The position numbers and the translations under genes are program-made. Positions 1 through 8,201 of a stretch of 64,000 bases of DNA are shown one piece after another. How positions within the stretch are numbered: position 1 is the first letter of the stretch; each line of letters opens with the position of its first letter. The notes beneath the pieces were generated by a model. The model was given only the letters and a program-made list of their open reading frames with translations, was not told where the DNA came from and searched no databases. Source of the DNA: Patescibacteria group bacterium (lineage in GTDB: Bacteria > Patescibacteriota > UBA1384 > XYA2-FULL-43-10 > 1-14-0-10-43-13); the NCBI GenBank assembly GCA_041671645.1, contig JBAZBD010000001.1:21561-85560 (forward strand). Direction: 5' to 3'.

Positions 1-2
1 TA

Positions 3-932
3 GTGATCGGCGGACTCTGCCTTTTCGAGACGATCTCGAGCATCGATAACGCCATTATCAACGCTGAAGTTCTGACGACGATGGGCCAGCGGGCAAGAAA
101 ATGGTTTATGTCGTGGGGATTAATTTTCGCTGTATTTGGTGTACGCGGTCTCCTGCCCTGGATTATCGTCTGGGCAGTCAATCCATACCTTGGCCCAATC
201 GGAGCGCTGACCGCTACCTTTAGCTCTGACCCACAAATTAAATTAGCGATCGAACTATCTTCTCCGATGCTGTTAGCGGGAGGCGGTATTTTCTTGGTCT
301 TTCTATTCTTCCATTGGCTCTTTCTCGAGGAGAAAAACTTTGGCCTGCCAAGGGCAGAGCAGTTTTTCATGCAAAACGGCGTTTGGTTTTACGCTCTTAT
401 CTCCATAATCCTGACAGTCGTTGTGTCTATGACAGTCAAGGAAGATCCCATGCTAGCTCTTGGAGCGGTAGTTGGATCGACAGCCTTCTTCATCACTCAC
501 GGCTTCAAACAAAATGCTGAAAGAAGCGAAGCGAGTTTGATGTCCAGAAACAACGGCTTATCGGATATTTCCAAAATTCTATATCTTGAGATTATCGACG
601 CCACTTTCTCGGTCGACGGAGTACTCGGCGCCTTCGCCTTCACGCTAGCTGTTCCTCTGATCTTACTTGGTAATGGTGTTGGCGCATTGGTGGTCCGACA
701 GTTGACCTTGAACAATATCGACAAGATCAAGAAGTATATTTACCTCAAAAACGGAGCGATGTATTCTATCCTAATCCTCGGTGCAATCATGCTCTTTGAC
801 GGCCTTGGAGCTGAGATTCCACAATGGCTCTCTCCTGTCTCAACATTCGCAATTGTCGGGTACTTCTTCTATAGATCCAAAAAAGCAATTCCTGCCATGA
901 CGCCTCCTCCAGTCATGACTCAAGCCATATGA
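3..932 (+). CDS. DUF475/TerC-like integral membrane protein (5' end outside window)
   Basis: ORF is open from the window edge. It is polytopic and hydrophobic, with DUF475-like motifs (YLEIIDATFSVDGVLGAFAFT). Its stop overlaps the next start (ATGA). Confidence 0.5.
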   Translation: MIGGLCLFETISSIDNAIINAEVLTTMGQRARKWFMSWGLIFAVFGVRGLLPWIIVWAVNPYLGPIGALTATFSSDPQIKLAIELSSPMLLAGGGIFLVFLFFHWLFLEEKNFGLPRAEQFFMQNGVWFYALISIILTVVVSMTVKEDPMLALGAVVGSTAFFITHGFKQNAERSEASLMSRNNGLSDISKILYLEIIDATFSVDGVLGAFAFTLAVPLILLGNGVGALVVRQLTLNNIDKIKKYIYLKNGAMYSILILGAIMLFDGLGAEIPQWLSPVSTFAIVGYFFYRSKKAIPAMTPPPVMTQAI

Positions 933-1792
933 ACTCTCCTATTTTGCTGGCTCTCCTGGCGCTAATATTACTCGGACTTTCGAGCGCTTTTGCCAAGAAA
1001 CCGACCGACAAAATTGGAGCGACAAAAGTGATGATCTTCCGTGGTCTGTTTAACGTAGTTATATTGGGCGTAATTCTGATTTTCAATTTTCCGTCCTCAT
1101 TTTCGTGGACAGATCTGCCAGTTGCGATACTAATTTCCGCCCTTGGGTATTTCCCCCTGCTCTTCTTCCTCAAGGCTCTCAAAGTCGGGAAAATGGGAAT
1201 TGTCAGCCCAGTTTCCTCTTCGTACGGGCTGATTACGGCATTATTGGCGGTCGTCTTTTATCATGAAAAATTAAATGGGCTTCAGCTCTTTGGCATTCTG
1301 GCCGTTGTGATAGGAATCATTCTAGTTTCAATCAACTTCCGTGATTTCAAGAATTCGCATCTCTTTGACCGACAAAGCGGTATCGGCCTAGCGCTATTGG
1401 CCGCGCTACTTTGGGGAATATATTTCTTTCTGATCAAGATACCGACCCAACATTTCGGGACATATTTCACCTCGTTCTTGGTCGAGGCAGTAATATTGAT
1501 TTCCGCCTTGGTCTCGCTAATATTTGCCAAAGAATTTGATCTCAAATTGCCTGATCGTATGACAGCTTCATACCTATTCCTAGTTTCGATCACCGTTTCA
1601 GTTGGGGTATTGTTCTTCTACCAAGCACTCAACACCGGCTCGGTCGCGATTGTATCGGCGATCGGCTCCTCGACTCCCTTGATCGTAACTCTATACGGTG
1701 CTATCTTCATGAAGGAACGACTCAAACTTCAACAATACTGTGGTATGGCAATAATATTAATTGGAATAATCGGATTGGCAGTTACAAAATGA
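929..1792 (+). CDS. DMT/EamA-family transporter (10 TMS)
   Basis: 287 aa, two EamA-like halves of hydrophobic helices. Coupled by overlap to the upstream and downstream genes. Confidence 0.7.
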   Translation: MNSPILLALLALILLGLSSAFAKKPTDKIGATKVMIFRGLFNVVILGVILIFNFPSSFSWTDLPVAILISALGYFPLLFFLKALKVGKMGIVSPVSSSYGLITALLAVVFYHEKLNGLQLFGILAVVIGIILVSINFRDFKNSHLFDRQSGIGLALLAALLWGIYFFLIKIPTQHFGTYFTSFLVEAVILISALVSLIFAKEFDLKLPDRMTASYLFLVSITVSVGVLFFYQALNTGSVAIVSAIGSSTPLIVTLYGAIFMKERLKLQQYCGMAIILIGIIGLAVTK

Positions 1793-2406
1793 AAAATAAT
1801 ATTGAGAAAATTTTTGACTTCCTCAGGACTTCTGAAAGATTGAAATATACCAAAAGATGGAAGAATACTCCGAGTATGGTGAACAAAGAAACAAGCGCGG
1901 ATCATTCATGGCATTTGGCGCTGCTGCTTATCGTGTTGACCGAAGAAAATGATTTCAAATTGGACGTCCATAAGGCCCTGAAAATGGCTCTGACCCATGA
2001 CCTCGTCGAAGCAATCGCCGACGATACAGACGCCTCCTTGATCCATTTCGGTATCACCACCAAAAAGAAAAAGTACGAGGCTGAATTAAAGGCTATAGAA
2101 GAAATAAAAAAGATGCTACCAAGCAAATCAGGCAAAGCCATGTACGATCTCTGGATGGAGTACGAAATTTCTGAGACGGAAGAATCAAAATTTGTGAAGG
2201 CTCTCGATAAGATCGAGGGCATCAACCATATGCTTTGCGAAACAGACAAATGCTTTGATACACCAGATTTAATAGCCCCTTATCCGAGAGAATCAGTCGA
2301 GAAATATCCTGCTCTAAAATATGTTTACCAAGAGCTTCTCAAGCGTCTTAAGCCTGAATACAAAAAGCATAAATGGGAGTGGAAAGATTCTTACAATATC
2401 GAATAG
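1789..2406 (+). CDS. HD-domain phosphohydrolase (YfbR-like 5'-deoxynucleotidase family)
   Basis: H..H and HD motifs (DHSWHLALL ... THDLVEAIADD), characteristic of YfbR-like HD hydrolases. Confidence 0.7.
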   Translation: MKNNIEKIFDFLRTSERLKYTKRWKNTPSMVNKETSADHSWHLALLLIVLTEENDFKLDVHKALKMALTHDLVEAIADDTDASLIHFGITTKKKKYEAELKAIEEIKKMLPSKSGKAMYDLWMEYEISETEESKFVKALDKIEGINHMLCETDKCFDTPDLIAPYPRESVEKYPALKYVYQELLKRLKPEYKKHKWEWKDSYNIE

Positions 2407-3195
2407 ATGAAAAGAGAATTGAAGAAAATCTTAGATTTCTTGGTCGAGACGGAGAAGCTGAAACTCATCGAGCGGATTCCCGTCCTTTCCGACAAGATCC
2501 GTCGTGAGAATGATGCTGAACACTCTTGGCATCTGGCTTTGATGGTGATGGCCCTCAAGGATAAGTTGGGGCTCGATTTTGATCTCGAAAAAGCGCTCCA
2601 GATCGCCCTAGTCCACGATCTGCCAGAGATTTATACCGGTGATACCTGGCCGTCAGACGAAAAAGAGAAGAAGGAAAAATCAGAGAAAGAAAAATTATCA
2701 GCCAATAAAATCTTTGCTCTTTTGCCCGAAGAGGAGTGTGAAAAGTTCACACAACTTTGGCAAGAATACGAAGACGGAAAAACTATCGAAGCCAAAATCG
2801 TCAAAGCTCTCGACAAGATCTGCTATTCGATGCAATTTTCAATCTCCAACAATATTGTCTACTTCGACAAGGACTCAGGCCATACACGGCGCAAGGAATA
2901 CGCCGAACCGCATCTGCAATTTAATGAAACTTTGACAGAAATTTTTGATTATTTCTCCGAGAAAATCAATCAAGAACCTCAGCCAGCAATTAAACCTGGC
3001 AAATATAGGCATTTCAAAGGGAATCATTATCGGGTCATCAGCACGGGCAAACACTCAGAAACTGGTGAAGAGATGGTAGTCTACACTCCTCTATATCAAT
3101 CAGAGACCAAGATCTGGATTCGTCCCGCCTCTATGTTCTTTGAGGAAGTTGGATCGAACGGTCAAACCACCAAAAGATTTACTTTTTTGGGATAA
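2407..3195 (+). CDS. HD-domain phosphohydrolase fused to C-terminal DUF1653
   Basis: N-terminal half is paralogous to the previous gene (EHSWHLALMV ... VHDLPEIYTGD). C-terminal KPGKYRHFKGNHYRVI...EEMVVYTPLY...WIRPASMFFEEV matches the DUF1653 pattern. Confidence 0.65.
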   Translation: MKRELKKILDFLVETEKLKLIERIPVLSDKIRRENDAEHSWHLALMVMALKDKLGLDFDLEKALQIALVHDLPEIYTGDTWPSDEKEKKEKSEKEKLSANKIFALLPEEECEKFTQLWQEYEDGKTIEAKIVKALDKICYSMQFSISNNIVYFDKDSGHTRRKEYAEPHLQFNETLTEIFDYFSEKINQEPQPAIKPGKYRHFKGNHYRVISTGKHSETGEEMVVYTPLYQSETKIWIRPASMFFEEVGSNGQTTKRFTFLG

Positions 3196-3211
3196 ATTTT
3201 CTCCAAATAAA

Positions 3212-3247
3212 AACGCCTCGATGCAATATCGAGACGTTCGGTTTTTA
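3212..3247. terminator. Rho-independent terminator (bidirectional hairpin)
   Basis: 11-bp stem aacgcctcgat/atcgagacgtt with one mismatch and loop gcaat. T-run follows on + and A-run precedes it, so it also terminates on -. Confidence 0.4.
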
Positions 3248-3460
3248 GGGTCCAGAGATCTGGAATTGGCCTTCGTGATACAGGCCCGATCTATCATTCC
3301 ACCAAGCGACGATGACATTCGGAGCGTCACCAGGCCCCAGATAGACGACTTCCGGTTTATCCGGTCGATGGTCCGCCAAAGCAGGTCCGCTGAGCTGATC
3401 CACAAGATGCATGCTGGGCAACTCGCGAACCCTGTACGGTGGTTGTTGCGGTAACGCCAT
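3245..3460 (-). CDS. small hypothetical protein (72 aa) in GC-rich island
   Basis: ATG is preceded by GGAGG with an 8-nt spacer (ACGGAGGAAATTACCATGGCG). About 56% GC versus roughly 45% locally. Lies between two terminators. No recognisable domain. Confidence 0.3.
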   Translation of the reverse strand: MALPQQPPYRVRELPSMHLVDQLSGPALADHRPDKPEVVYLGPGDAPNVIVAWWNDRSGLYHEGQFQISGP

Positions 3461-3492
3461 GGTAATTTCCTCCGTTAGTATTTTCATAACAC

Positions 3493-3530
3493 AAAAACTG
3501 GCTCGAGTCAAAGCTCTGAGCCAGTTTTTT
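3493..3530. terminator. Rho-independent terminator downstream of ppsA (bidirectional)
   Basis: Stem ctggctc/gagccag flanked by A-run and T-run (aaaaactggctc...gagccagtttttt). Confidence 0.5.
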
Positions 3531-3547
3531 CGAGAGATTAGATTTTT

Positions 3548-5878
3548 CTAGCGATCTATGATGTTACCGAGTAATATTCTTTTTTCGACTGAAGCAATGA
3601 CTTTGCGGGTCTGGAAGACGACATCAGGAGTGACAGAGACGGAGGTCGTACCAGCGCGTACCATCATCTCGGTAATTTCAGGATAGACGCTTGGCGCTTG
3701 ACCGCAGATCGAGCAAGTAACAGAGTGCTTACGACAAGTCTTGATGATATATTCGAGCGAAAGCCTGACGGCTTCGTCGCGTTCATCGAAGATCTTGGCC
3801 AATGTCTGATTGTCACGATCAACCCCGAGAGTAAGCTGGGTCAAATCGTTGGATCCAATAGAGATGCCATCAATGCCGAGGGCAATGAATTTTTCGAGCA
3901 ATATGACGTTGGAGGGGATTTCGCACATCATCCAGATTTTGAAATCTGGCCCCTGCTTCAACCCACCCTTTTCAATTAATTTCATGCACTCTGCCATCTC
4001 GGTAGTGGTGCGGACGAAAGGAATCATAATCCAGAGATTCTTCAGATCAAATTCCTCGCGAACCTTCTTGATTGCCTCAAGTTCAAGTGCGAACATTTCC
4101 GGCTCAGCGATATATCGAGAAGCTCCACGATAACCGATCATCGGATTGTCTTCGACAGGTTCGTATTTCTCGCCGCCCTTGAGCCCGCGATATTCATTGG
4201 TTTTGAAGTCGGTAGCACGATATACCACCGGACGTGGCGCAAAAGCGCCAGCGATCGTCTTCAAGCCGTCTACAAGGGCTTGGACATAATCTTTGCCTCT
4301 CCCATCGGCTACCATTGCTTTGGGATGCTCGCCAATGTTGGCAATCATAAATTCTGCGCGGAGCAATCCAACGCCGTCGACTGGTAAGGCAGCCACCTTT
4401 TCGGCCATTTCTGGCTCTCCCAAATTGACATAAACTTTGGTCCCAGTGATCGGGACTTCTTCGACGAGCGCTGAGCCCTTGGCGGATGCATCCGCTGGGC
4501 CAGGGACAGGGGCTGAAGCGACTTTGACGTTTCCCTTGTAAACCAATCCCTTGGCGCCATCAACTGTGATCATCTGACCAGTTTTCAAAGTAGAAGTAGC
4601 TGTGCCAGTGCCAACTACACAAGGAATGCCAAGTTCGCGTGAAACGATGGCGGCGTGACAAGTTCTGCCACCGGTATCGGTCACAATGCCCTTGGCTTTT
4701 TTCATAGCTGGGACAAAATCTGGGGTTGTCATTTCAGTCACCAGTATGTCGCCCTCCATCACTTTGTCTATTTCGGTTGGTTTGTGGATTATCTTGACTG
4801 GGCCAGAAGCTGATCCCATAGAGGCGGCCGCACCATGAAGAATGACCTCTAGTTTGTCGGCAGTTTGGGGTTGGGAGTCGGCAGTTTTTTCTCCTGACTC
4901 CTGACTTTTGACGCCTGACTTTCCTAGTGTCGTGATTGGACGAGATTGAACAAAATAGACCGTGTCATTCTCTATCGCCCATTCTGTATCCTGAGGCTTG
5001 CCGTAATGTTTCTCGATTGCCATGCCAATCTTGGCTAACTCTAGGATTTGGTCATCGGTAATCTTCTGTTTTGATTGAAAATCCTTGGCGACCGAAACAT
5101 GTTTGTCCCCGCCATCCTTCTTGTGAACAATCTTCCAAGTCTGAGTATTGACCTCCTTGGCCGAAATCTTGAATTCCTTCTTGTCGACGATATAACGGTC
5201 AGGTGTGACCGAGCCAGAAACGATCGCCTCGCCAAGCCCATAACCCGCTTCGACGATCAAGTGGTCCATGTCTTCGTCAACTGGATCGACAGTGAAGAGA
5301 ATACCTGATTTCTCTGACTGAATCATGTTTTGGACAACAGCACAAAGGCCGACCTTCATATGGTCGAATTTGTTAATCAGACGATAATAAATAGCACGAG
5401 CCTCGAAAAGAGAGGCGAAGCACTCGAGAACTGCTTTGGCGACTTGGTCTTTGCTCTGCATATTGAGAAAGGTAGCTTGCTGTCCAGCAAATGAAGCCTC
5501 TGGCAAATCTTCGGCCGTGGCGCTAGAGCGAACAGCGACCGCGAAGCCACCAAGTTTGGTGTATGAGTCTTTGATCTCTGTCTCAAGATCCTTGGGTAGT
5601 GGAGTCTTCAGCATCAACTTCTTGATCTCCTTGGACACAACATTTAGCTTCTTGTTGTCCTCGGGATTGAGACCCTTCAAATACCCGGTAATTTTATTTT
5701 TAATTCCTGTCTTTTCCAGGTAATAAAAATAGGCTTGGGCTGTGACGCAAAAGCCTTGTGGAACGGGAATCCCCGCTCGAGTCATCTCGCCAAGATTGGC
5801 GCCCTTGCCACCTACCTGTGGAATAAAGCTCTTGTCGATCTCTTTAAACCAAAGAATATTTGCCGATTTCTTGGCCAT
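3548..5878 (-). CDS. ppsA: phosphoenolpyruvate synthase (pyruvate, water dikinase)
   Basis: 776 aa. N-terminal PEP-synthase ATP-binding region (VGGKGANLGEM), mobile His domain (TGGRTCHAAIVSRELGIPCVVG) and C-terminal PEP-utilising TIM-barrel. Confidence 0.85.
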   Translation of the reverse strand: MAKKSANILWFKEIDKSFIPQVGGKGANLGEMTRAGIPVPQGFCVTAQAYFYYLEKTGIKNKITGYLKGLNPEDNKKLNVVSKEIKKLMLKTPLPKDLETEIKDSYTKLGGFAVAVRSSATAEDLPEASFAGQQATFLNMQSKDQVAKAVLECFASLFEARAIYYRLINKFDHMKVGLCAVVQNMIQSEKSGILFTVDPVDEDMDHLIVEAGYGLGEAIVSGSVTPDRYIVDKKEFKISAKEVNTQTWKIVHKKDGGDKHVSVAKDFQSKQKITDDQILELAKIGMAIEKHYGKPQDTEWAIENDTVYFVQSRPITTLGKSGVKSQESGEKTADSQPQTADKLEVILHGAAASMGSASGPVKIIHKPTEIDKVMEGDILVTEMTTPDFVPAMKKAKGIVTDTGGRTCHAAIVSRELGIPCVVGTGTATSTLKTGQMITVDGAKGLVYKGNVKVASAPVPGPADASAKGSALVEEVPITGTKVYVNLGEPEMAEKVAALPVDGVGLLRAEFMIANIGEHPKAMVADGRGKDYVQALVDGLKTIAGAFAPRPVVYRATDFKTNEYRGLKGGEKYEPVEDNPMIGYRGASRYIAEPEMFALELEAIKKVREEFDLKNLWIMIPFVRTTTEMAECMKLIEKGGLKQGPDFKIWMMCEIPSNVILLEKFIALGIDGISIGSNDLTQLTLGVDRDNQTLAKIFDERDEAVRLSLEYIIKTCRKHSVTCSICGQAPSVYPEITEMMVRAGTTSVSVTPDVVFQTRKVIASVEKRILLGNIIDR

Positions 5879-5899
5879 AACCCCTCCGTTTTCTATAAT

Positions 5900-6343
5900 T
5901 TAAAATTTTGTTTTTTCTAATACACTTTTGATCGTGCCGTAGTCAAATCCTCGAGCCATCATAAAGCGGATTAATTTTTCTTTGGCGTTTTCTTTGGATC
6001 CGTTCTTCTTGATCCACCGTTCAACTAATTCGCCAGCTCTTTCGCTCTCGTCCTCCTCTGACACTTCAGCTAGACCTGCTTTGATCAAAGCATCATCTAT
6101 CTTGAGGCACTGCAATCGAAATTTGATTCGAGTCGTTCCGCGCCCCATATTTTGCTGGCTTCTGATATAGCTGGAGACAAATCTCTCGTCATCAAGCAAT
6201 TTCGTCTCTTTCAACTTTGCGATGACCGCTTCTGTCTCATCCGCAAAAAACCCCTTCAATTTCATCTTTTGTCTGACTTCACCCTCACTCCGGTCACGGA
6301 TTTTTATCAAGTTCAGGGCGTAATTTAGCGGCGAATATTTCAT
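5900..6343 (-). CDS. recX: RecA regulator RecX
   Basis: 147 aa helical-repeat protein immediately downstream of recA. RecX-like N-terminus (ALNLIKIRDRSEGEVRQKM). Confidence 0.75.
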   Translation of the reverse strand: MKYSPLNYALNLIKIRDRSEGEVRQKMKLKGFFADETEAVIAKLKETKLLDDERFVSSYIRSQQNMGRGTTRIKFRLQCLKIDDALIKAGLAEVSEEDESERAGELVERWIKKNGSKENAKEKLIRFMMARGFDYGTIKSVLEKTKF

Positions 6344-6354
6344 ATCCTCTAACT

Positions 6355-6375
6355 CCTCTCCTTTTCAAGGAGAGG
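6355..6375 (-). promoter_or_regulatory. recA-recX intergenic stem-loop (possible attenuator) just upstream of recX RBS
   Basis: 7-bp stem cctctcc/ggagagg with 7-nt loop. The 3' arm overlaps a GGAG-type RBS for recX. Confidence 0.3.
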
Positions 6376-6398
6376 TTGGGTGAGGTTAATGTTGAATT

Positions 6399-7457
6399 TT
6401 AATTTTGCTTGTCGGACTCGACTTTGTCGGCGGCTACTTTTTCTAGAATTTTGGCTTTGATTTCTTCAGTGATCTTGGGATTTTGTTTCAGAAATGCGCG
6501 ACCGCCCTCTTTGCCCTGGCCTAGTTTCTCGCCATTGTATGAAAGCCATGATCCGGCTTTGTCGACAATGCCTTTGTTGACTCCCAAATCCAAAACTTCA
6601 CCTTCATAATCAATTCCAGTGCCGAACATAATATCGAATTCGGCCATTTTGAAAGGCGGAGCAACTTTGTTTTTCACTACCTTGACTGTGACGTTGTTGC
6701 CGACGTTATCATCTCCCTGCTTCAAGGTCGCTTTGCGGCGGATGTCGAGACGGACTGAGGCATAAAACTTGAGCGCGTTACCACCGGTCGTCGTCTCAGG
6801 ATTTCCGAACATGACACCGATCTTCATACGAATCTGGTTGATAAAGATAAGAATGGTTTTGGATTTGCTAACAGCGCCAGTCAACTTGCGAAGTGCTTGT
6901 GACATTAATCTGGCCTGGACACCCATCATAGAGTCGCCCATCTCACCTTCAATTTCAGCACGTGGGACAAGAGCTGCTACTGAGTCAACTACGATAACGT
7001 CAAGCGCGTTTGAGCGTACCAGAGTTTCGCAAATTTCCAAAGCCTGCTCGCCATTGTCTGGCTGGGAAATTAGAAGATCGTCGAGATTGACACCGATTCT
7101 CTTGGCATATTCAGGGTCAAAAGCGTGTTCAGCATCAATAAAAGCACAGTATCCGCCAGTTTTCTGAGACTGGGCGATGGTGTGGATCGCAAGTGTTGTC
7201 TTACCGGATGACTCTGGACCGTAGATTTCGACAACTCGTCCGCGTGGCAAACCGCCAACGCCAAGAGCCAGGTCAAGCGATAGGGAGCCAGTCGAAATGG
7301 CGTCAACCTTGTATGAACCAGTGTCAGACATGGTCATGATTGCACCCTTGCCGAACTGCTTCTCAATTGTCAGAAGTGCAGATTTGAGCGCTTCATTCTT
7401 TCCCAACTCCATATTTGATATTTGTTTTTCTTCTTTTGTTGCTTCCTTCTTGGCCAT
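6399..7457 (-). CDS. recA: recombinase RecA
   Basis: Walker [10 protein letters not shown], RecA L1/L2 regions, 352 aa. Confidence 0.95.
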   Translation of the reverse strand: MAKKEATKEEKQISNMELGKNEALKSALLTIEKQFGKGAIMTMSDTGSYKVDAISTGSLSLDLALGVGGLPRGRVVEIYGPESSGKTTLAIHTIAQSQKTGGYCAFIDAEHAFDPEYAKRIGVNLDDLLISQPDNGEQALEICETLVRSNALDVIVVDSVAALVPRAEIEGEMGDSMMGVQARLMSQALRKLTGAVSKSKTILIFINQIRMKIGVMFGNPETTTGGNALKFYASVRLDIRRKATLKQGDDNVGNNVTVKVVKNKVAPPFKMAEFDIMFGTGIDYEGEVLDLGVNKGIVDKAGSWLSYNGEKLGQGKEGGRAFLKQNPKITEEIKAKILEKVAADKVESDKQN

Positions 7458-7489
7458 GGCAGTCCTTCCAGTCTTAATTTCTCTAAATA

Positions 7490-8197
7490 TTATTGATTTG
7501 TGTTCAAATTGATAAGCGCCGTTTTGGGTTTGTATTCGATTGTCAAAACTTCGCTTGTTTGCTTCTTGGCCTTATTGACCGCCTCGACTTTGATCACATT
7601 GACACCTTTGTGGAGTTTAACATCGCTGATGAAGTGGCCGTCATTGGTAATCGGAATAACCTCCTGATTTATCCGAAGAACCGCGTCGATATCAGCGACG
7701 CCGGCGATTTCGATGCTGTCGTCTTCAAAAATCTGGTTGTTGCCAGGAGAAGTGATCTTCAAATCTGGTGTACCGGCAAAACCGCGAACCTGGTAGCTGA
7801 TATAACCAAAAAATGCAGCAATCAAAACAACCGCAGCGACATAGCCTAGCAGTTTCGGGGTAATCAAAATCGGCACATCTTTGATTGTTCTTTTGTATGA
7901 TAAATTATGAACTGACTCTTTTTTGTACAGTTTCTTCTCTCGGTCGAAAAGACCGAGTGCTTCGCTCACATTTAGACCAATAAATTTGGAGTAGGCCATC
8001 ACAAAACCGCGGACATGGACAGACGAAGGAAGGTCACCCCAATCGTCCTTCTCCAGCGAAACGAGATATTTTGCCTTAACTTTTGAGCCGGTTTCGGCTT
8101 CCTCGATCGAGATATTCTTTGATTCGCGACCACACTTAAGCATCTCCCCCAGGGTCAAATCAGTCGCCACTTTTCTTTTTGAAAAACCTTTTACCAT
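7490..8197 (-). CDS. RodZ-like HTH membrane protein
   Basis: N-terminal XRE-type HTH ([20 protein letters not shown] ... [14 protein letters not shown]), a single TM, and a C-terminal DUF4115-like domain. Start chosen at the internal Met to avoid overlap with ftsK. Confidence 0.55.
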   Translation of the reverse strand: MVKGFSKRKVATDLTLGEMLKCGRESKNISIEEAETGSKVKAKYLVSLEKDDWGDLPSSVHVRGFVMAYSKFIGLNVSEALGLFDREKKLYKKESVHNLSYKRTIKDVPILITPKLLGYVAAVVLIAAFFGYISYQVRGFAGTPDLKITSPGNNQIFEDDSIEIAGVADIDAVLRINQEVIPITNDGHFISDVKLHKGVNVIKVEAVNKAKKQTSEVLTIEYKPKTALINLNTNQ

Positions 8198-8201
8198 TGT
8201 G

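Noticed and set aside
314-3454. Many 60-135-aa ORFs on the opposite strand or in alternative frames of the operon genes (for example 314..520, 497..730, 913..1182, 1282..1593, 1902..2249, 2631..2935, 3100..3405, 3140..3454).
   Set aside because: They are fully embedded in longer ORFs with clear domain signatures. They have low-complexity or Arg/Ser-rich composition typical of antisense frames and no RBS.
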